NCBI GenBank assembly: GCA_022646745.1
Contig: CP060262.1
Location: 1,920,001-1,952,000 of the forward strand
Origin: Planctomycetales bacterium
Lineage (GTDB): Bacteria; 4484-113; JAFGCY01
Direction of reading: 5' to 3'
Length of the DNA stretch: 32,000 nt
The position numbers and the translations under genes were made by a program. The notes beneath the pieces are model-generated. The model searched no databases, was not told the DNA's origin, and saw only the letters and a list, made by a program, of their open reading frames with translations. Shown here one piece after another: positions 22,622 to 28,890 of the stretch; position 1 is the first letter of the stretch, and each line of letters starts with the position of its first letter.

Positions 22622-22711
22622 GGACTTACTCCTTTGGCAATCAGTCTGCGCCGCGAAAGCGCAACAGCTGCGACGAGGATTATCGAGTGTCCGATGGAAT
22701 TTGTTTCAATG

Positions 22712-22723
22712 ATTTCCGGAAAT
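22712..22723. promoter_or_regulatory. Perfect 12-bp palindrome ATTTCCGGAAAT in the cassette-A / membrane-gene spacer
   Basis: The palindrome is seen directly at 22712-22723, about 90 nt upstream of ATG 22621. It is a candidate dimeric regulator site. There is no other support. Confidence 0.2.
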
Positions 22724-22754
22724 GAGGATGCCTGTCAGTTCAGCCCAGCCGCAT

Positions 22755-24320
22755 TCAGGGCCTGAGCGCCACCAGCTCTTCATCCTCGGTGGTGTAGAAG
22801 GTGCCATCGCCGGTCACCACTATGTCCTGCTTCATGTCCGGGATGCGGTACAGTTCGTGGCCATCGCGGTTGAAGGCGGCCAGGTGGCCCTGGCTGCGCA
22901 CGAAGACCTGGCCATCCGGGCCGAACTCAACCTGGTCGAAGTAGTTGCCGGAGCGCTTGTACTGCCACAGCACGCTGCCTTCCGGGCTGATGCACTGCAG
23001 CAGGTAATGCGAGATCACGTAGATCCGCCCATCTGGCCCGACGCTGAGCTCGCCGCTTGGTCCGTTGTCAATCGTGATCCCCCAGATGCGCTCGCCGGTG
23101 CGACTGTTGAGCCGCAGCAGTTCCGGTTCGCCGGACAGGCTGCCGCTGGTATAGCCGAACAGGTAGATTGAATCTCCGGCGGGCAGCAGGATGTCCCGCT
23201 CACTGGCGGCATCAATGCTGTAGCGGCTGCCGTCCTCACGCCACAGTTCGCGGCCGTTGCCGGCATCCAGCGCAAACAAGCTGCAGCCGTGGCTGCCATT
23301 GCGGCTGCAGATGGCATAGAGCACATTGCCGGGGCCCAGCAGCAGCTTGTCAAATTCATTGACATCTGGATCACTGATCCCGCGCTGCCAGCGAAGCTTG
23401 CCGTCCGCTGCGATGCAGGCCAGCCCATGCTCAGCATCACGCCTGCTGGCGCGGCTGGCAACGAAGCATGTGCCATCCGCCGCGGTGGTGAGGCCGCTGC
23501 CCGGGATGCCGTCGATCGCCGTGCGCCACAGCTCGGAGCCGCTGCGGTCCATGCAGACGAGGTCCGTCTGGCGCACCGTCTCCATCGAACCGGGCCAGCC
23601 CTCGCGCTCCTGCTCGCGGCTGCCTTCCAGCACGAACAGCACGTTGCCATTGCCGTCATCGAATGGCCCGGCGGTCGGAGCCAGCCTGTCACCGGCCTTC
23701 ACACCGGCGAGGCTCGGGACCTCCCACAGGCGCTGGCCGCTTCCGCCGTCGATGTAGACGACGGCATTCGAGGTGCGGATCGCCAGGTCGCCGTTGGCGA
23801 GGGGCTGGCGCTGCTTGAGCGACCAGTTGCCAATCCCGTAGCTCCACTGCATCTCGCCCTCGTCAACGCAGAACAGCATGTTGCCATCCACGCCCTGCAC
23901 ATAGCAGCGCCCGTCCGGCCCGAGGCTCAGGCCAGCCAGCTTGCCACCGATGTGGTAGCGCCAGAGATAGAGCTCCGCCCGTGCGGCGGCCGCGGCGGCC
24001 TTGTCAGCCCTGTGCTTGTCAATCACCTGCTGCTGCACCACCGCGGCATCCACCACACCGGGCTCGACGGTCCCCTGTGCGGCGGACTGGCTTTCGACCA
24101 CCACCGGCGGCCGCATCGCGAAGTAGACAACCGCCACCACCATCGCGGCCATGATCGCCACGAGCAGCACGGTCTGCCAGACCCGCAGGCTGTGGAAGAC
24201 CAGCTGCTCCGAGGGCTGGATCTCCTCCTCGACGTAGTTGTCCTCCAGTGCATCGCTGAAGGCCACCGCCGGGTCCAGCCGTTCATTGATCTCCTGCGGG
24301 TCAGGCCGCTCCTCAATCAC
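22755..24320 (-). CDS. Cassette A large subunit: acidic-tail, single-TM-anchored PQQ-like beta-propeller protein
   Basis: 521 aa. GTG start preceded by SD GGGGGTGA and overlapping the upstream stop (GTGA). Acidic N-tail (ERPDPQEINERLDPAVAFSDALEDNYVEEEIQPSEQ). TM helix WQTVLLVAIMAAMVVAVVYFAM. Propeller blades (LFCVDEGEMQWSY, VVYIDGGSGQRLWE, LVCMDRSGSELWR, LFALDAGNGRELWR, LLRLNSRTGERIWG, LQCISPEGSVLWQY). Paralogue of 25088-26662. Confidence 0.85.
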   Translation of the reverse strand: MIEERPDPQEINERLDPAVAFSDALEDNYVEEEIQPSEQLVFHSLRVWQTVLLVAIMAAMVVAVVYFAMRPPVVVESQSAAQGTVEPGVVDAAVVQQQVIDKHRADKAAAAAARAELYLWRYHIGGKLAGLSLGPDGRCYVQGVDGNMLFCVDEGEMQWSYGIGNWSLKQRQPLANGDLAIRTSNAVVYIDGGSGQRLWEVPSLAGVKAGDRLAPTAGPFDDGNGNVLFVLEGSREQEREGWPGSMETVRQTDLVCMDRSGSELWRTAIDGIPGSGLTTAADGTCFVASRASRRDAEHGLACIAADGKLRWQRGISDPDVNEFDKLLLGPGNVLYAICSRNGSHGCSLFALDAGNGRELWREDGSRYSIDAASERDILLPAGDSIYLFGYTSGSLSGEPELLRLNSRTGERIWGITIDNGPSGELSVGPDGRIYVISHYLLQCISPEGSVLWQYKRSGNYFDQVEFGPDGQVFVRSQGHLAAFNRDGHELYRIPDMKQDIVVTGDGTFYTTEDEELVALRP

Positions 24321-24901
24321 TGTTCACCCCCGCTGGATTGCCCGCCTGCGGAGCTAGCCTGATCAAGTTCCTTCTTCTTCTCCTTGTATTCGATCAGTTC
24401 CCGGCACTTGCCGCAGACCGTCTGCTCAAGTCCGGCCTTGAATTTCTCCGGATCCGCCATTGCGGAATTGCTGGTCCGGGCCGGCACAAACTCGCCCGCA
24501 TGCCCGCAGGCGTAAGTGAATTCATATTTGTAATACAGCTCGGGGGTAGTGATCGGGTTGACAAGTTTCGGATCTGGCTGGCCGACCTGGATCACCGTCT
24601 GGTGCTCATCCTGGCTGACAATGTAGGCCGGCAGGTCGCCGACCAGCTGCCCGTCACCAGTCGGAATCCCTGTCAGAGAGCTGGCTGCATCAGGTCCGGC
24701 TGGCTGGAGAGCACCAGCGGCTGCCTGCGTGCGCATGCGCGGAATGCTTACGAAGACTATCAGCACAACCATCAGGGCCAGCAGCAGCGCGATCACCACA
24801 TTCCTGATGACGAATATGCGCGCGAGCTTTGTTTCCGGCCGCTCCCGGCGCCTCGGCCTCCACCTGTCCCTGTCCTTTCGTCTGTCCTGCAATCCCGCCA
24901 C
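24317..24901 (-). CDS. Cassette A small subunit: Arg-rich-tail single-pass protein with C-x-H...C-x-x-C motif
   Basis: 194 aa. GTG start. Basic N-tail (RRKDRDRWRPRRRERPETK). TM IFVIRNVVIALLLALMVVLIVFV. Conserved C-terminal block YACGHAGEFVP...AMADP...CGKCRELIEYKEKKKE. Paralogue of 26659-27204. Confidence 0.75.
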   Translation of the reverse strand: MAGLQDRRKDRDRWRPRRRERPETKLARIFVIRNVVIALLLALMVVLIVFVSIPRMRTQAAAGALQPAGPDAASSLTGIPTGDGQLVGDLPAYIVSQDEHQTVIQVGQPDPKLVNPITTPELYYKYEFTYACGHAGEFVPARTSNSAMADPEKFKAGLEQTVCGKCRELIEYKEKKKELDQASSAGGQSSGGEQ

Positions 24902-24931
24902 CTCTGTCCCGTGACGATTTCCTGTATGTCA

Positions 24932-24960
24932 TGAGACCCCGGAAACCACATTCCGGTTCA
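24932..24960 (-). promoter_or_regulatory. Candidate ECF-type promoter of cassette A (TGAACC-N18-TCTCA)
   Basis: The minus strand reads TGAACCGGAATGTGGTTTCCGGGGTCTCA. The -35-like and -10-like blocks are the only conserved islands shared with the cassette B upstream region, apart from the 24-nt leader. 30 nt separate the -10-like block from the GTG. Confidence 0.35.
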
Positions 24961-25087
24961 CCAGCAGTGATTCCAGAATACCGCAGATCCCGGGTGAGTC
25001 TCGTAGCAGGTCCGACAAGCGCCCATGCTGGAATGACAGACTGGCTGTCGCTGGGTGATCGACTGGCTGAACAGGGGGTATAGCTGA

Positions 25088-26662
25088 TCAGGGCTGGAAT
25101 GCGACCAGGTCCCCGTCCTCGACGGTGTAGAAAATCCCATTTTCATCAATCGCAAAGGGTTTATTGCCAGTTGGCAGTCGGATTAGTTCCTGGCCTGTGG
25201 AATCAAGGACCCTGATCCGGCTGTCGTTGTGAACGAAGATCCGCCCATCTGCAGCGGGCTCGACCTGGAAGTAGTTGGAAGTGCTGGTTTGCAATTCCCA
25301 CTGCACCTGGCCAGCCGGGCTGATGCAGCTCAGCAGGCCATGCGTGATCAGGTAGATGCGTCCGTCTGGGCAGACGTCGAAGTCATACTGCGGCTCGCTG
25401 TTAAGGTTGAGGGACCAGTTGATCCGGCCGGTTCGACTATCCAGAGCAAACAATTCCAGAAAGTCGGATTGGCTACCGCTGCGGTAGCCATAGACAAACA
25501 GGACACCATTGGCAGCCTGCGTCACTGCTCCGCCAGCCCGATGTGTGCCCAGTCGCAACCGCTCACCGGTTTCACTCCACAGGAGCCTGCCGCTGCGAGT
25601 GTCCAGCGCATGGACTGTGCCGGTGAAACTGTTGCTGTTACCACTGAAGGCCAGCAGCACACCCGCTGCATCCAGGCGCAGCATGTCGATCTGCGCTGTC
25701 AGTTCCGTTGAAGCCTCGAATTGCCACAACAGTTTTCCGTCCCGGTTGATGGCGGCAATCCGGTTTGGGTCTCCATGCTTCGAATGGTTGCTGGCAAAGT
25801 AACTCGTGCCATCGGGACCGACGACCAGGCCATCGCCAGGCCGGCCATCAATGGCCTGTTGCCAGATTGTCCTTCCTTCATTGTCCGCGCAACGCAGGGC
25901 ACACTGCATCACCTTCTGCATGCTGCCCGGCCATTCCGGGTTTTCCTGTTCGCGGCATGCATCCATGGTGAACAGCAGGTTTCCACGCCCATCTGCAAAT
26001 GGTCCGGAGGTCGGCACTTCCGTTGCCAGGTGCCTTGGCAGGTCCTGCGCCGGCTGCTTCCAGACCTGCCGGCCAGTGGAGCCATCCAGGTAGAACATCG
26101 CCATTTCGTTGCGAATTGCCACGTCGCCATTTTCCATTGCCAGAGTCTGCTCCGGCCGCCAGCGACCGAGCCCGAAACTCCACAGCAGGGAACCTTCGCG
26201 GATTGCGTACAGTGTGTTTCCCTTAATGCTTTGGCAATAGCAGACATCGCCTGGCCCGAGGTACACGCCTGATGCATCGTCCCCGATGTGGTAGCGCCAG
26301 AGGAACAGTTCGGCACGGGCGGCCGCTATCGCGGCCTTCTCAGCAGCCAGTCCGGGTTTGTCAGGCGGCCTGGCAATTACAATCTCGCGGATCGGGCTTT
26401 GCTGGGGTAAGGGGGGCGGTGCCGTGATTTCAGGCGTTGCCGGTTCAGGGCGTTGCATCGTGAAGTAGACAACCGCCACCACCATCATGGCCATGATCGC
26501 CACAAGCAGCACGGTCTGCCAGGCACGAAGGCTGTGGAATGTAAGCTGCTCCGAAGGCTGGATCTCCTCTTCGACATAGTTGTCCTCTAGTGCATCACTG
26601 AAGGCCAGCGCCGGGTCCAGCCGCTCGTTGATCTCCTGCGGGTCTGGTCGCTCCCCATTCAC
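25088..26662 (-). CDS. Cassette B large subunit: acidic-tail, single-TM-anchored PQQ-like beta-propeller protein
   Basis: 524 aa. GTG start with SD GGAGGTG and a GTGA overlap with the upstream stop. 62 of the first 70 residues are identical to cassette A by hand alignment. The propeller part is clearly homologous but much more diverged. Confidence 0.85.
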   Translation of the reverse strand: MNGERPDPQEINERLDPALAFSDALEDNYVEEEIQPSEQLTFHSLRAWQTVLLVAIMAMMVVAVVYFTMQRPEPATPEITAPPPLPQQSPIREIVIARPPDKPGLAAEKAAIAAARAELFLWRYHIGDDASGVYLGPGDVCYCQSIKGNTLYAIREGSLLWSFGLGRWRPEQTLAMENGDVAIRNEMAMFYLDGSTGRQVWKQPAQDLPRHLATEVPTSGPFADGRGNLLFTMDACREQENPEWPGSMQKVMQCALRCADNEGRTIWQQAIDGRPGDGLVVGPDGTSYFASNHSKHGDPNRIAAINRDGKLLWQFEASTELTAQIDMLRLDAAGVLLAFSGNSNSFTGTVHALDTRSGRLLWSETGERLRLGTHRAGGAVTQAANGVLFVYGYRSGSQSDFLELFALDSRTGRINWSLNLNSEPQYDFDVCPDGRIYLITHGLLSCISPAGQVQWELQTSTSNYFQVEPAADGRIFVHNDSRIRVLDSTGQELIRLPTGNKPFAIDENGIFYTVEDGDLVAFQP

Positions 26663-27204
26663 CTTGCACCTCCATTGGTCCGCCCACTGGATGCGCTGGC
26701 CTGGTCTGGTTCCTGCTTCTTCTCTGAGTATTCAAGCAATTCGCGGCATTTCCAGCAGATCCTCAGCTCCTGTTGCGCCTGGTACTTCAAGGGGTCTGCC
26801 ATTGCGGGATTGCTCGGATGGGAAGGAATGAACTCTCCCACATGTCCGCAGGCATAGCTGAATTCGCCCTTGTCAACCACCACCCGCTTCAGCTTCGGGT
26901 TGACGGACTTCGGGTCAGGCTCGCTGACGTAGATAACTGTCTGGCTTACCTTCGGTCTGACGACGTGGACCGGCTGGTCACCAGTCTGCAGATCATCGCC
27001 TGTCGGCAGGGCATTGCCTCTGGAAACCTGCGCCCGCATGCGCGGAATGCTTACGAAGACTATCAGCACAATCATCAGGGCCATCAGTAGTGCAGTCAAC
27101 ACATTCCTGATGACGAAAATGCGCGCGAGCCTCGTTTCCGCGCGCTCCCTGCGCTGCAGCATTGATCTGTCCCTCTCCTTTCGTCTGGCCTTCAATCCCG
27201 CCAC
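26659..27204 (-). CDS. Cassette B small subunit: Arg-rich-tail single-pass protein with C-x-H...C-x-x-C motif
   Basis: 181 aa. GTG start. Basic tail RRKERDRSMLQRRERAETR. TM IFVIRNVLTALLMALMIVLIVFV. Motif YACGHVGEFIP...AMADP...CWKCRELLEYSEKKQE. Confidence 0.75.
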   Translation of the reverse strand: MAGLKARRKERDRSMLQRRERAETRLARIFVIRNVLTALLMALMIVLIVFVSIPRMRAQVSRGNALPTGDDLQTGDQPVHVVRPKVSQTVIYVSEPDPKSVNPKLKRVVVDKGEFSYACGHVGEFIPSHPSNPAMADPLKYQAQQELRICWKCRELLEYSEKKQEPDQASASSGRTNGGAR

Positions 27205-27234
27205 CTCTGTCCCGTGACGAATTCCTGTGAACAG

Positions 27235-27262
27235 ACAGACCGCTTAACATGCAATCCGGTTC
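27235..27262 (-). promoter_or_regulatory. Candidate ECF-type promoter of cassette B (CGAACC-N18-TCTGT)
   Basis: The minus strand reads GAACCGGATTGCATGTTAAGCGGTCTGT. It is in the same register relative to the GTG start as in cassette A (30 nt from the -10-like block to the start). Confidence 0.35.
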
Positions 27263-27305
27263 GCGCGGTCCCAAACATGGATTACGCAGATCGCCATTCT
27301 GCACT

Positions 27306-27314
27306 TGCTAGAAT
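27306..27314 (+). promoter_or_regulatory. Possible extended -10 (TGcTAGAAT) for the dehydrogenase gene
   Basis: ttgctagaat lies about 57 nt upstream of ATG 27371. SD GGGAAGG lies 7 nt before the start. No convincing -35. Confidence 0.25.
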
Positions 27315-27370
27315 AGCCTCGCCGGCTGCCGCGGTGGCCGGGAAACACTGATTGATACAGGGAAGGCATC

Positions 27371-28294
27371 ATGAGCAAGAGCGGATTCAACAGCGTCGGC
27401 GTGATCGGCATCGGCACGATGGGCAACGGCATCGCCCAGGTGGCAGCCCAGAGCGGCTTCACCACCAAGGTGGTGGACATCTCGCAGGAGAATGTGGACC
27501 GCGGGATGGGGATCATCGGCAAGAACCTCGACCGCATGGTGGCCAGCTTCGAGAAGAGCGGTGGCGAGCGGGGATTGAGCCAGGCTGACCGTGACGCGGC
27601 CTGGGGCCGGCTCAGCGCTTCGACGGACCTCGCGTCGCTGCTGGACTGCGACATCATTATTGAGGCCGCCGTAGAGCGCGAGGACATCAAGCTGCAGATT
27701 TTCGGCACGCTCAAGGAAAAGGGCTACGGCGGGATCATCGCCTCAAACACCAGCTCGATCAGCATCACCCGCCTGGCGGCCGGCGTCAGCGACCCGGCGA
27801 AGTTCATGGGCATGCACTTCATGAACCCGGTGCCGATCCAGCTCGGCGTGGAGATCATCCGCGGCCTGCTCACCGATGACGATACCTACAACAAGGTGGT
27901 CGGGCTCTGCCAGGACATGGGCAAGGTGGAGATCCCGGCGGAGGACAAGGCCGGCTTCGGCATCAACCGCATGTGGGTGCCCTTCGTTAACGAGGCGATC
28001 CGCGTCGTCGAGGAAGGCGTGATGGCGCCGGATGAGGCGGACAAGTGCACGCTCTGCCTCGGGCACAAGATGGGCCCGCTGGTCACCGCGGACTTCGTCG
28101 GGCTGGATGTGATCCTGTTCATCTGCAACGTGCTTGAGGAGGAGTTCGGCTCCGCCTACAAGGCCAGCCCGCTGCTCAAGCGCCTCGTGGAGGCCGGCCA
28201 GCTCGGGGTCAAGAGCGGCACCGGCTTCTACGTCTGGGAGGGCGGCCAGGCCACAGGCGTCAACCCGGCGGTGCAGCGCTACCGCATCGGCTGA
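27371..28294 (+). CDS. hbd: 3-hydroxyacyl-CoA (3-hydroxybutyryl-CoA) dehydrogenase
   Basis: 307 aa. N-terminal Rossmann motif VGVIGIGTMGNGIAQVAA. IASNTSSISIT and MHFMNPVP motifs typical of the 3HCDH family. C-terminal GVKSGTGFY. Confidence 0.9.
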   Translation: MSKSGFNSVGVIGIGTMGNGIAQVAAQSGFTTKVVDISQENVDRGMGIIGKNLDRMVASFEKSGGERGLSQADRDAAWGRLSASTDLASLLDCDIIIEAAVEREDIKLQIFGTLKEKGYGGIIASNTSSISITRLAAGVSDPAKFMGMHFMNPVPIQLGVEIIRGLLTDDDTYNKVVGLCQDMGKVEIPAEDKAGFGINRMWVPFVNEAIRVVEEGVMAPDEADKCTLCLGHKMGPLVTADFVGLDVILFICNVLEEEFGSAYKASPLLKRLVEAGQLGVKSGTGFYVWEGGQATGVNPAVQRYRIG

Positions 28295-28352
28295 TCCTTC
28301 ACTGATGTGCAATGGCGATATCGAAAGGCGTTATTGCCTTATAATTGCCCGC

Positions 28353-28847
28353 ATGAGACCGAATATCAACCTGACCGGCCTGCTGCTGCTGGTCGCCGCA
28401 AGCTGCCTGTTCCTTTCGGCCTGCCCCAGCGGGGATGATGGCGCCAATGTATCGAAGGCTGATACCACGGGTGCCGACCCGGCTGTGAGTGCTTCCAACC
28501 AGAGTCTGCCTCCGGCGGACAGCGCGGCCGGTTCCGAGGCCGCTGCAAACCCCTGCGGCACTGAAGCACCTGCAGCAGTGGCGGATGCCAGTGATGTCTT
28601 CAAGACGGCCAACTGCACGATGTGCCACGGCCAGAACATGGAAGGCGGCCAGCTTGCCCCGGCACTGAAGAACATCGCCGGCGAATGGAACAAGGCCGAG
28701 CTGACCAGCTACGTGCGTGACGCGTCCAAGTATGAGGACAAGGGCAACCGCCTGAGCCACGATCCGAAGTACGTGATCGAGATGCCGCCCTTCCCGATGG
28801 GTGAAGATGACCTCAACAAGCTCGTGGACTGGCTGCTCACCAAGTAG
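28353..28847 (+). CDS. Class I c-type cytochrome lipoprotein
   Basis: 164 aa from ATG 28353. Signal plus lipobox LFLSAC. Ala/Ser/Pro-rich linker. Haem motif CTMCH. Distal Met candidate in VIEMPPFP. Confidence 0.8.
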   Translation: MRPNINLTGLLLLVAASCLFLSACPSGDDGANVSKADTTGADPAVSASNQSLPPADSAAGSEAAANPCGTEAPAAVADASDVFKTANCTMCHGQNMEGGQLAPALKNIAGEWNKAELTSYVRDASKYEDKGNRLSHDPKYVIEMPPFPMGEDDLNKLVDWLLTK

Positions 28848-28890
28848 CAGCAGTCAACGCGGCCACATCACGGCCGATAACATACAGAAA

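Noticed and set aside
23289-24362. 357-aa plus-strand ORF.
   Set aside because: It is antisense to the cassette A propeller gene. The paralogue comparison supports the minus-strand frame.
28801-28890. ATG 28801 as the start of the transglycosylase.
   Set aside because: It would overlap the cytochrome c gene by 47 nt and add 30 Ser/Thr-rich residues ahead of the membrane anchor. GTG 28891 places the hydrophobic anchor at the N-terminus. No strong SD supports either start, so this remains uncertain.
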